From assembly GCA_036172245.1 (NCBI GenBank), contig JAYWIR010000033.1:930001-994000 (forward strand): DNA of 64,000 bases, in the 5' to 3' direction. How positions within the stretch are numbered: position 1 is the stretch's first letter; each line of letters opens with the position of its first letter. Below, piece after piece: positions 13,331 through 26,000 of this stretch. Origin of the DNA: Raillietiella orientalis. Lineage: Eukaryota. A program made the translations under genes and the position numbers. The notes under the pieces were generated by a model that saw only the letters and a program-made list of their open reading frames with translations, made no database searches and was not told the origin of the DNA.

Positions 13331-15442
13331 CCGCATGGCACACCTCAGCACGAACAGCACGTTCTGCCCCTACTCTCACGTAGACCGTGGAATGGCGAGG
13401 AAGGGACCCCTGGTTCCAGATAGGAACTTCTCTTCCTCCCCAGGAGCCGGGCTGTTCCCCGCTGAACCGAAGAAGGAAGAGAAAAAAAGAACGAAAAAGC
13501 CTTCTTCGTGCTTCGCAAGAAGATTCGCACTCGCTGCCTCCACCGCTGCCGGGCTGCAGCCGGGTAGCTCTCGAGCCGAGAAGTGTCGAAATTGCGAGTC
13601 TTCCGCTCATCCGAGCTTTCCTCCGCTGTGGAACTCCCTTGTCGACGGGGTTCACAAAGAGTCAGACACGCCGTAATTGCGCCCCCCTCTTTGTTGCACT
13701 CTTCGTGCTCTCCGGCCGTAACCACTTTTCGAGCGCCAGAGAGAGCCCATCACGACCGAAAGTCATTCGCGTGGGATGGGGAGGGGGGAGGGAGGCCAAA
13801 CGGTTGCCTTTCTGGAGCGACGTGCGAACGATTTGTTTCTGCACTGACGGCTGGAACCATCGCTCCTGCAGCCATCCTGTCAGAGTGATTCCGTCGAAAG
13901 CGATCAGCTGTTTTTGTCCCTCGCTGTTTTTTCAGCTCATCGACCGGTGAGGCTTCGCAGTTCAGCTGGAAAGAAAAGAAAGAAAGGAAAAAAAAAAAAA
14001 AAAACCTCCGAGTTCTTTCTTCGGAAAATTCCGATTCTCGGGCGCCTTTATCTCGCACGCGCGGTCCCTTCTCTCGAAGCCGAAGACGGGAACAAATGAT
14101 CGCCAACGGAACAAATGATGGTGACGACCGGGAGAACTCTCCGGCGGGAACATCCCTTCCACCTCGCGCTGAGGGCTTCCCGGGACTGGATTGGACGAAT
14201 CTCCCTGGATCTTTGTACCAGTTTACGTTCCATCTCGGAAATGCTACAGCGGCTGGTCATCCGAATGCAACAGGAGGAGCCCTGCCCTCGCTGCTTTGTT
14301 CTTCGATGCTTTCAGCAGCGAGAGGTTTTCTCATTGTGCGATCGGATCTCCAGACAGGGCACCGGATGCCGAAAACAAATAGTCTTGGATCCTTATCTTC
14401 TCCATCACTCACCACCGGCTTGTATCTTTGGTTCGGCAAAATAAAGGATACAGCTGCTTTCCGAAGCGCAGAATTTCATTCAGACGAATATTCTCTTTTT
14501 CTTCCGCCTTCCAGCTGTTTCCCGTCGTGGCATTTTGTGTTGCCCGGAGCTTCTGGAAGGAGGGGGAAGGGGGGGGAAAAAAAAACCGACACGAATAGGG
14601 CTCCTCCCGTTGCATTTGTGTGTTTTTATTCCACAACAATCGAAGGGGGGAAACCCATCCCAACAATCGTTAGGTCTGCATAGTAGATGTGCGTTTAAGG
14701 AGGCTCTTTTCTTTCGTTCCTTCCGTTCGTGTCCCGCCTCCCGCTCCTGTGTAAAAAAAAAAAAGAAAAAAAAAAAGCGAACAGCTAGGCTTCCATTGAG
14801 GCTAAATTACTATTAAAATTTAAATCTTTGTTGTTATTACCTCGAAGGGCCCCTCTTTCCAGTGCTTTCGTAAATAATGAACTCATAATTGATGGTTCCA
14901 AAGCTCCCCCCCCCCCTTCACTTCCCCGTCGTTGTAGGCTGGTTACTCATGGTTACCAGCTTGCAAACGATTTCCCCCGAAGTATTTAAGCTGGGAAGGA
15001 GGAAGAAGGAAAAAAAGAAAAATAGGAACAACAGCCATCCTTTCTAAACGGGTTCTGCGAAAGCTTGTGATTCGATTTGTTCCCGGGAGTGCCGACAGGA
15101 CCCACTGAGATTCCAAATGTCCAGCCTTCGAGGATCCGCCGATTGATGGTTACAGCGAAGGCAGCAGATGAGAGATTTCGTGCTCTTCGGCAGTTGCCTT
15201 ACATGGAAACGGATCAACTCTCCTGTCATGATGCTCTTCGCATAATCATCATCACTCGAGTGCTTTTTCCGAGTTTGGCTGGAGGAGATACACGACTGTG
15301 ACTTTAACTTGACCTGTTGCTCAGGGCCTGCTGCTTCCAGCGCGCAAGGCTGGTAACGACACGTCATCCCTCCTGACCGAAGCAGAAACAACAACAACAA
15401 CAACAACAACAAAGGAAAAAGGAAGACCGGTGAGGACTGCTC

Positions 15443-16998
15443 ATGCGGAGGATAAATAAGGTCTATGACATTCTCCATCTGGACCAAGAAAAGCACAGGA
15501 AGAGGAAAGGAAAGCCGTTTTTGATAAGCGATCGCGTTCGTCACTGGTCGGAGCACCCTGTCGTTCCGAGTGGGAAACAGCCACCCACCCACCTCAAGCA
15601 GATCCTCGATGAATTCGCACATCACACATCGTTCCATGCCATCCTTCTGATCAAGAGCTTGAAGATCTTTTGGTTGAAACTCGCTTTGGCTGCCACCGTC
15701 TGCTTCCTCACATGTGTGCTTGTGTTCTACACGGCGGAAACGACGAAGAACCTGCTTCTTGACAGGGAGATTTCCATCGAGTACAAGGAAGAAATTTTTG
15801 ATGCTAGCTACTACCCAACTGTCGTGGTTTGCTCTTCATCTCCTTTCAGCCATATCGTTCTTAAGGGTAAGCTCATTTGGTGGTATTTCCGGAAAAGCAC
15901 GCACACAAAAATCGCTTACCTATGTGCGCGTGCACTTTAGAACCCGTATGAGTTTAGCAGCATAATAGGAAACGAGCGTGCACCCAAAATTTACGTATTG
16001 GGGCGAGCAGGAGCTACATAACATGGTACATGTGTTAAATTGTGACCGAAGTTTGGCTCCACGCGCTGCCATTTGTATCTTCATCCTCCCTGCATTGCAT
16101 CCCTAATTATTCACAATAGGGAAGAGGACCATTTTGAGTAGGGAAAGGAGCTGGAAACATAGGGGGAAGCCTCACGACATGCACAGCCATCGTTTGTGGA
16201 ATGCTGGCTGAAAATCACCTCCATTTGAGCCACCACCACCACCACCCCCTCGTTCATTGAATTGTGTTACTGACGCGATTGTATTTGCTCGTGCTCGTGG
16301 CTTTGTGTGTGTGTGTGTGTCTACTCGACGCGAAACTTTTAATTAAATATTCACTGCGCGAAAAAAAGGAAAAAAGGAAGAAGAAAAAAAAAAAAAAAAG
16401 TTAATAACCATCTCCTGCGCGAGATCTCCCAGGAATGCCAGGTACGAGTTATCTTGTTTTGCTTCGCGGCTCCATGCAGCCATTCGTTTATCACAGACGA
16501 TGCAGGAAAACAAAAGCAGGTGTTGCCATTTGCTTTCAGAGAACAATCTTTTTGTTTGCTCGCTTCTCTCGTGGAACCAGTGGCATCTTCCGAGTCTTCC
16601 AAGTCCTCTCCGTTCCGACAGGCAATCTCTTTTTCCTTTCCTCCCTCTCCCCCCCTCTCCCGAGCTTTTGTGATCAGCACGTCAGTCGCATCCGCGATTG
16701 CCTTATTTATTTGATTGCCTCCTGTGAGGAAACACCATAGCAAACACCAAGGGTGCTCGCATACGGGCCAATGTAACAGGAAACTGGACCACATGGAATT
16801 TTTTTCGTTCTCCATGCCAGCGCTTTCCCGAACCACCTTCCGCGGAACGCCACTGGTGTTCCGCGTAAAGTCGATCGAAGTGTTCCGTAAAAACTTATCT
16901 ATTATTCAGGATTCTCAGATTACCACAACTTACAGATTAAACTCAATCCGGTGCCGTCAAGAAACAAAACAAACTGAAGGATTGTATGTATAAATCTG

Positions 16999-17071
<73 letters not shown>

Positions 17072-20000
17072 ACATTGATTACCCTAAACTCATACAGTCT
17101 TGAAGACATATGCGCATGTATGCATATTCTGTAAGTAAATGAAATTAAGGTATCCCTTTAAAATGCCAGGATTCCTGTTAAATGTTCCGCAATGGGGAGA
17201 GTTTGGGCAACGCCTCTCTATGCTAAGATTTCCCTTGGAAAGCCCCGTGTCTCCGAGCTCACAGCGCATCCAACGGGATAATCAACCGGGATGAAGTGTA
17301 GGTGTAAGGACACAAAGGGAGTGATCCCCAAAGTGGCATTCGAACCTGCGAGCACACCCGCGGTGTGCCTTGCATGAAGCTGGTGCCAAGTGCTGAGGTG
17401 TGGCGGGCACGATTGGCAATGTGTGGCGACGCGTCGTGGAGAGAGATGCCTGGAAGATGAGAGAGGTGCAATGTACACCCCCGAGGAAGAGTCGGGACAC
17501 GGAAGTGCCTTTCAGCTTTGAATTCCAACGATGAATTTATGAATGTTTTTCCTGGGATAAGCCAACTTTCTAACTTCCGCGCGGCACAGTCTTTTCTTCC
17601 GTCCATTTCGATCAGGCTCGGCTTCTTGGCCTCCTTTTGCTCGAAGATGCACATCCCGTCACATTGCTCAGGCGAAGAAAGCAACTCCTCCTCTCTTGCA
17701 AAGAACGAATTTCGAAACTTCGAATACGACTGGCATTTCCGAATGCATACACGCACAGTTGCCAGGGAGATTCTGGTTCAGTGACTGCTTCTAGGGATAC
17801 TTTTCGCTTTGTCGTAGATCGAACAACCAAGAAAAAATCTGCAACCAGATTCAAAAAAAAAAAAAAAAAAAACCTTTCCACGGTAGTTTTCCGTTAGAAT
17901 CAGAATCCACGCATCTCCAAGGCATCACTTCTCACCAGCTGCTTTTAGGATAAAAGATCTAGGACGAGTTCGGAGAAGATTAGGGAAAAGGACACTTGAA
18001 ATATAGAAATACACATCCATTTTATTTACATCGGTTCCCGCCAAGTGCATACGGTGATGGGGTTCATGACACCATGACTCTTGCAAGTATTTCGTGCTTG
18101 CTTCCTTCCAAGTTACTACTTTAATAATATTTCCACCTTCTGGTACAAACTGTTTTCATCTTCATCAGATCATTTGCTTCTCTGAAAGGAAAACAAAGAT
18201 GGGAACGTCGTTCCGCGGGCAGTTATTGTAAGCATCCCTTTGATGCACACCGGCAGAATAATAAATCCAAAATGCCATGGAGTTGCTTTCGAAATCACGC
18301 ACCTGTTGAAGACGTATTGAAAATAAGGTGAACAAAATACTTAAGCAGAAGAACAAGAGGACTGTATGATGAATACTGGTACATGATTTACTACAGGACT
18401 AAAAGCCATGACAAGGAAAAGAACAAAACCGAGTGAGGAGGAAATGGACCGAAGAGAGAATGAAGCATTCCTGCAGTTCACAAAAAAGATATGTGATTCC
18501 TGGAAAACACGGCTTCCATAGCTGTTGAGGGTCAGCTCAACAAGCAACTTCAACCATACCCCCATGAAGTCAGTTTCCCCGACCATTCTCCTTACGAAAG
18601 ACATTCTTCTTGCTCTTCACGTCCATCCAAGAGTTCCTGACAGACGAAGAGAGGAAATTCTGGCTTCCTCCAGTGTACGGAAAGTCCTAACGTTTGACAT
18701 CGGCATTCGGAATCACCCAGCCGCAGCTCCAGTGTTCCCAAAAGTCAAGTTCCGAAACACCGTGTCCATCCTCGGGGGGATATGGGAAGGACACAGAAGA
18801 AATGGAGAACCAAAAGAAGAGCATCATCAAATTAGAGGATGTCTGACGTCTGTGCAGTATCTTCACCTCATCATTTCGAAAACTGACTTCTGCTTCCGCT
18901 TAAATCTATTCTGTGGTCACTCTTCTCGAGTTTGTTCCATCTGTAGCACATGAAAGCGCCCCATGACAAAAACGAGACGGCTCGCCCGTGGTGCATCGGG
19001 AACGAGGGACTTCTACTCAGAGTAGGCAAGCGTGTCTCTCCGCGTAAAAGGCGAAATAGGGCTGCTCCATTACAGATGCGATTTCGCCTTCAAGGAACAT
19101 CAAACTTGCCGTGAGATTTCTTTAAAAGAAAACGCCTGTGCTGACCTGTGCGATTACCGGCTCGATGGTTGGGTGTGGACCAAATCGTCCTTTCCGGAGT
19201 AGTCGGCCGCATGTCACTGAACAAAAGAGGAAAAGCAGCAGCGAACAATAACCAACTCTTTTGCATTGAACCCTTTCGCGGGGCTGCATGTATGCTGTAC
19301 AACCCAGAACTCGATTCCGCCTGAGAATCAAGAACAAGAAGCCTGGAGAACCATCTGCATCGAAAGAATACCGCGGGTCTCCAATGTAAGAGAAGCTCGA
19401 GGCGAATGCCAGCAAGCAGCGTTTGGTACAAGCACAGTCCTGTCACGAAAACCATCACCTGTGTGACGTCATCGTTTTCACGAGTTCTCTGCACCATCAT
19501 AAAAAAAAAAACACATACACAACCCATTGTAATTCGATTCTTCGAGTATGCAAGGATGAGGCAGAACACACGTGGATCTCTGCATCCATGTGCGGCGCTT
19601 ATTGGACACAACGAGCCAAACAAGCGACGTACCACCACGCAGACGATAAAGAAAGGATGATTCCACGGCATCTTCATAGGGTCTCCTCTAGAGCAACATA
19701 CGATGCCTGGGCTTCACGCCAGTGTTTCCCATCTGCTTCAAAAGGCAAGTGGGTTTTGCACGCCAACAAAATGTTTCCGAATCACGTCCCGAGCACTCAA
19801 GAGATACGTTCGCATAGAACTCACTTTTCACCCCGGACTTGGACGTTTATTTGTCTCTTTTCGGGTACACAGAGCAGAAAAAGCGCGATGGGATGGAAAG
19901 ATATCCACAACAAGGCTATCTCGGTTGGCAAATGTCCCATTCCCCTCTCCGTGGAGTGACCTGGAGTCCCCAACTCTTCCGGATAAGCTTCCATGCTCGT

Positions 20001-23000
20001 AATGGAGAAAGCAGCAGCCCACATGAAGCGACATGCGGATTACTCCTTCCCTGCCCCCGGAACTTGCAGAGACGCTCCCTAGATGGTGCTGGCTGGCATC
20101 CCAGCGGGACACCCACCCTTGCACCGTGCGTGACGCTCGCTCCGCGTGCTCTTGCGGGACGCGGCACCGACCGCGGACCCAACCGTTCGCTCGCTCGACC
20201 CGCGTTCCCAACCCACGAGCTGCACGAGCGAGCGCCAAGAACGACGCTCGCTCGCCTCCCCAGCAGCGACGACAGACACGGCGCGCGCGCCAACACGCCT
20301 CCGCACGAACGTGCCCGCATCCTCTTCGCCGTACTGCTGCTGCTGCTGCTCCTCTTCTTCTTCTTCTTCTTCTTCTTCTTCTTCTTCTTCTTCTTCCTCC
20401 TCCTCCTACTCCTCCTGCCCGGACGCAGCAGCACGGCTGTCGCAAAGCGGCCGCCTTGCTTCGCGCGGCCTTGGTGCCGCAGCGATTGCCAAACGCACGC
20501 GCGCAGTCGCCATCGCCTGGCCGTCACGCGCTCGCGCTGGTGCTGCGGGTCCGCCGAAAGGCGTCCCGTGACCGACAAACGCAAGGAAGGGGCGGACGTG
20601 CACGGGCGCGCGGAGGCCGGGCGACTCGTGGACCGCAATGTTGGCGCAAAGAGAGGAGGAGGAAGCGGGGCAGGCGAGCGCGCCTGGCGTCTCCGGAAGG
20701 ACGACGTCGTCGCTCGCCGGTAGGCACGCGGCCGGTGCCAGCTGCTTCGCACCGCTGTTCCCCGGGGGGGCGGGGGCGCAAAGGCCGCCACCACGCCCGG
20801 ACGCGCGGGCCGCACGCAAAGCAAGGCCGAGCGAGCTCGGCTCCGCCGCGCGGTTCGCTGCCGCGCACCGCCAGCGGACGACGCGCCTCGGTTTGCGCTT
20901 CCACGACCACTTCCACGACTCGGACGATCTCCATACGACTACGCTGGTCGCCTGGGATGGTTCGGAAAAACTTGGTGCGCGCGCATTCGCGTGGCAGGGA
21001 AAAGCACTTTTGAAACGGAGAAGAAGAGGAAACCTCAAGCGCGAACCCTAAGCCGTTCTTCGCGCTCGAAGATGGGACGGCGGCGCTGTCTCTGCGCGCG
21101 TGCCTAACCGTGCCTTCGGCAAAACGGCTCCCCGTCTCGGAGAGTGGGGGGTGGTCGCGAGGCGTGCCCAGCTGTGCTCGTTGCGTCGGCAACGAGCCTG
21201 AGGCGCAGCTCCAGCTTCTCTCCATCCGCATTCCCTGTTTTCTTCTTATCCACTTGCGCTGCGCACGAACGCATGCTCGTCTTGGCTCCGTTTCCTTCCT
21301 CTGGAAGTGGACGATCGTTTCGTTGGAGAACGAACGTCCGTTTGCACGCACGTTCCTTGCGAGTGAACCGTTCGTCTCGATTCTCCGATGACCGTTGCCA
21401 CGTCGGGAGGAACCTTGCCGATCCCGAACCTTGCGTGCGAATGTCCACGTGAGTGACCATGTGGTGCGAGTAGGCTTTGGGTCGCGAATGGGGGGAGGAA
21501 ACGGTTCTCCTGCCGTCGGGGACCATGGAAGCCGTCCGAGAAGGACTCGTTGTTCATCATCGTAAAAGATGGGCGGATGGATCCTGTTGAGGGAGCTGTA
21601 TGAGACGATCCAGGCTTCGTTGCGATGCAGAGGAACCATTCGTGGCATTTTCGGTGTCACATCCTGCTGGCAGCTGCTTTGCAGCAGATGCCGTAGGGAT
21701 GGGTGGTCTCTCCGACCGACCAACGACTCGCTTGCCCGCTACGGAGTTTAGTCTCCGGCGATTCAGATGATTTCCTTCACGTGGATCCAATCGATCATAA
21801 CGACTGTTTGTTGTTAGGCTCCGAAGAGTCGAGCCAAGACTTCCAAGCCCAGGACGCTTCCGTGGCCGTCAGCGAGGAAGCGTTGCCGGGAGAAGGGCAG
21901 CAGGTGACAAAGTGAGATGAGAACTTGGCAGCGGCATTCCAAGTTGCGGATGCTGCGATACGTGGGCTTCTGAGGAAGGTTCAGAAATATAAAGGTCCCT
22001 CCAGAAAAGTTGACCTCACGGAGGAGTCACATCAGGAGGCGAATCGGAATCTAGGGTGGAAGGAGACTTGGACTTGCGTGCGCTGCTGTTGCTGCTGCCC
22101 CCAAGCCACGAGGGCATGAACCTCGTCCGTGCGAGGAAGCTCCAGGCTCACGCTGCTGGCACTGCTGCCAACTGCCAGCACGCATGGACACCTCCCTGAA
22201 TCAGGATCCAACGGTGGAGTCAAAGGGCATCGCTTAGCCGAACACGTGTCTTTGAGAGGACAATCTAGCATGATCCACTTGACCTCCCCCCCCTCCATGA
22301 GGTGTTCCTCTGGCTGCAGTCGGTCACGAAGGATCAGAGGAACCTGGAGCAACGCAGCCGAAGACGATGCATCTGGCGTCTTTCAGACCGCCGCGTGACG
22401 TCTCTAGGACTCGACCTTGCGTCAGGGAACGCGCGTTCCTTTCGAAACGAAGTCGCAGGAACGGGTTCGGCAGGTGGTGGTTGCCGATGCGTTTCCGAGG
22501 AGCAGATGGTCAGCGGGTGGAGCTGACTTGCAAAGATGCAAGCCTGGCTCAGCGCCTGCTCAATACTCCCATCACGGTGGAAGGCCGAAAGGTCTTCACG
22601 GTAACGGAGGATCGGTCCATTGTGACGCACCTCACCGGTGTATCTCTCCGCATGTCCAAAACTGGCGTGCAGGAAGAGCTATCAAAATACGGTACGGTGC
22701 ACGCGCTCTGGACCTCCGGATGGGTGCCGTTGAGTGCGGGAACAGCGGAGCCGACGCCGCGAAAATCGTCCGCAGGCTGCTGGGCAGCCCGTATGAGAGG
22801 AGGCCGCGCGCCTGCTCAAGTGGCGGCTCAACCAGCGCGGAGGCCAGCACCGAGATCTGCGTCGATGTGGGCAGAACGGCTGCCGCTCTGGTGGATGTGT
22901 CCAACGCAGACCCCCCCATCCCCCACACCCATGGCGAATGGGGGGGCTTGATCCGGAGTCTCGGGCATTTTCCAATTTTTCGAAAGAAGAGACGTGGAAG

Positions 23001-26000
23001 AAAAGAATCTCCCGAGTACGCAGCGCGCTTTTCAAACCCCCCCCCCCCCCTCTTCCTCATCAGAGACCATCCCATTCGGGGGGAGGACCTACAGGATCGC
23101 TTTTGCAAAGGGGCGGAGGAGGGAAAGAAGGGAAGGGGGACTTTTTCACCATTCCTGCTGGAGCCGCATTGGACCTTCCCGACTCGCCGTGACACCCGAC
23201 TTCCAAAGATCCAAGGCCGTATCGCACAGTCTCTGGACCAGAATTCCTCGCTCCTGCGGCTTCCGCGTTTGCGTGGGCGTTGCTGCCGTATCCCCCCCCT
23301 CCGTCGACCGCGATCTGACGCAACCTGCGAAGGCGGATTCGTCGCCATCTTTTGCTTGGCACGGAGGAAGAGCACCTTCACACGCCCTGCCTCGCTTTCG
23401 TCCGAAGGCACGCGCTGACGCAACGGCGACCGCTGCCGGGCAAAGATGGCGGTCGGCCGGCCGATCGTCCCCCGAGATGGGCCTCCGGCTTCGCCACAGG
23501 TGCGCCAGCCGGAGCCTGGGAAGGAAGAGTTCGTAGGGGGAGAGAGGGGGAGGGCTTCACGCGCGCTTTGGTTGCCCAAGGGAGGCGCGCGCGTCGCCGC
23601 GAGCGCAGCGAGGGACCCGTCCGGGACCTGCTGACCACGCCTTTATTTTTCCTTTTTTTCTGTTCTCTTTTTTATCCGACCACCGCATCACGGCATCGGG
23701 TCGTCGCTCGGGAGACGGTCCCAAGCGCCACCTTGGGATCGCGGGACGGACGGCCCAGCGTCGTCCGCACGGGACCACGCCCCTTGTCCGGCGGAGTAGG
23801 TGACGACAAGGGGCCGATTTTCTTCTTCGCCATCTACCTGTGCGAGTTTACGTGGTGCCAGATGAGGGCCAGCCTGCAACGGCCGCCCACGTGGCATCGC
23901 GCGCAGTGCGTGCCGCTGGCGACGACGTTTGTCCCCGTGCTGAGCCGCATCCCCGCGTGGTGCGCGAGGGTGCCGCTGGCGTTCCCAGAGAACCTCCCGA
24001 GGCGGAAGCTGTCCGCGGCGAGCACCACGGAATTTGTCGAGCAGCTCGTAGTGGGGCGTGACGAGTAGGCACCCTAGACGTCCCACAGCTTCAAGGGAAC
24101 CGAGCTCTTGCGGCGGGAGGTCAACTAGCGCGGGACCTCCGGGCCGATCCAGAGCTTCCCGGCAGGAGAGTCAAATTCCGAGGCGTAGCGGGGCGCGCGT
24201 TTCCTGTGGACGTACTCGTTCCTGTCCCCTCTTCGCCGCGCCACGGTCTCGACGAGGCGATCCTCCCTTCTCCGACCGCACCCGGAGGGAGCACTGCCTC
24301 GGCCGCGTCGGCGTGCCGCCGGCGCCACGGGTGCACCGGAATGACCCCGGGGTAGTTCAGGCCGGGAACGAAGGTCGCTGACTCTCTGAAAGACGACGCT
24401 GCTGGAAACCATCAGCACACTCAGCCTCTGCTGCGGCCGCCGCGGCGCTGGCAATCAGGTCACCGCGCCTTTCGGGAACGCCTGCAGGCGTCCCCTTGAC
24501 GAGGGGCATCAGGTGCGGTGGTGTCCTGACGAACATTCCGGCCCCCTGGTTGTTTTCGTCGCGCTCAAGAGGGATTCTGGCCTCGAAGGAAGACGCTGGC
24601 TTTCCTGAGGAGGGTGTTGGCGAGGGATCACACCTTCCGGAGGGAGCGATGCTGGCAAAGCGTGCGGGGGGGGGGGGGGAGAATCGCCGGCTTTGGAGCA
24701 CCGTGGCTCGTGAGGAGAGGGACAGGAAGCAGCAACCGACCTTGAGGAGACGGGTGCTATGACGGCGGAGGAGGAGGGAGCGTTCTTCTGGATGGGGACA
24801 CTGGGACGGCGTCGGGAGCTCGAGGGCGATCGAACCGGGCCCCAAAGCGGCAGGCGGTGAGAGTCCCACTTCTTTCCGTGGCGACCGCGAGGCCGTCGCG
24901 GACCTCCTCCTGATCGCAAGCGCGGGGCGGGACGCGCTCATCGAGGAAACAGGAGCTTTCTGGCTGTTCCTCCACGCTAACCCGGGGGTTGTTCCAGACA
25001 TCGGCCTAAGCGAGGAGCAGCTGACCTACGCGGCTGTGGCGGGCCTGGGGATGTTCACTCACCAGCAGTTCCTGAGAGACACCGAGATGCAAAGCAACCT
25101 CTCGAGATGGTACAGGAGGTACCTGCAGGACGTCCGCAAGAGTCCGCAAGAGCTGTTCGAAGAGCTGAGCGACGAGTAAGTGGAGCAAGCGCGCTTCGCT
25201 CTCGGTTAGGCGGCAGGGAGGGGAAAAGGAGGAGGAGGAGGAATCGCACGCGTCCTTCCCGCGCTCCTTCAAGAAGAAAGTATCCTCCCGGGTCGCTCCC
25301 GCAGCAGCGCTTCCGCTCGCTCAGGGCTGCCACCCTCACGGTATCCGGGCAGGAGGAATTTCCCGAGTGCTTTCGATCCGTCCTACAGGGGACGCACTCG
25401 GCCTTCGAAACCTACTGAAATCTCCAGCCTCCCGCTAATCGCATCCCCTCGCCGAAGAGCATGCTCTTCGGCGAGGGGCGGCGACGGCACCTTGGCAACC
25501 ACCCGCCCCGAGCTCGCGCGCGTTCCAGGGTGGAGCCCGCAGCGGGCGGACGAAAGAACAAGACGGGGAATGGAAAAAAAAAAAAAACGGAGGAGGGAGC
25601 TCCCCCCCCCCCCTTTCCTCCGTTTACTTTCGAGGACCTCTCTGCCTGGTCATCTCTCCCTGGAGGTGAAGCTTCGGGAAAAGTGAGAGTATTCCCGAAG
25701 CACCGATCGGAATCCCGAAAGATCACCAAAAATAAACACGAGTGCTTATTCTTCAAGGATTAATGTGCGAATTTATTTTAATATCCATAATTATTCATAT
25801 TAATTAACATACATATTATTACCAGTCATATTATTGAAACAGATGTATTTATTGAGATTCAGTGGAATACATTTTATTAATATGATTAATAAGTTGTTCA
25901 TTATATTATTGATATGTGTATTAAACACCATAATATCTATATGCATTGATATAAAGATTAATAAATGAATTAATGCATACATGACTATTATAAAAAATAA

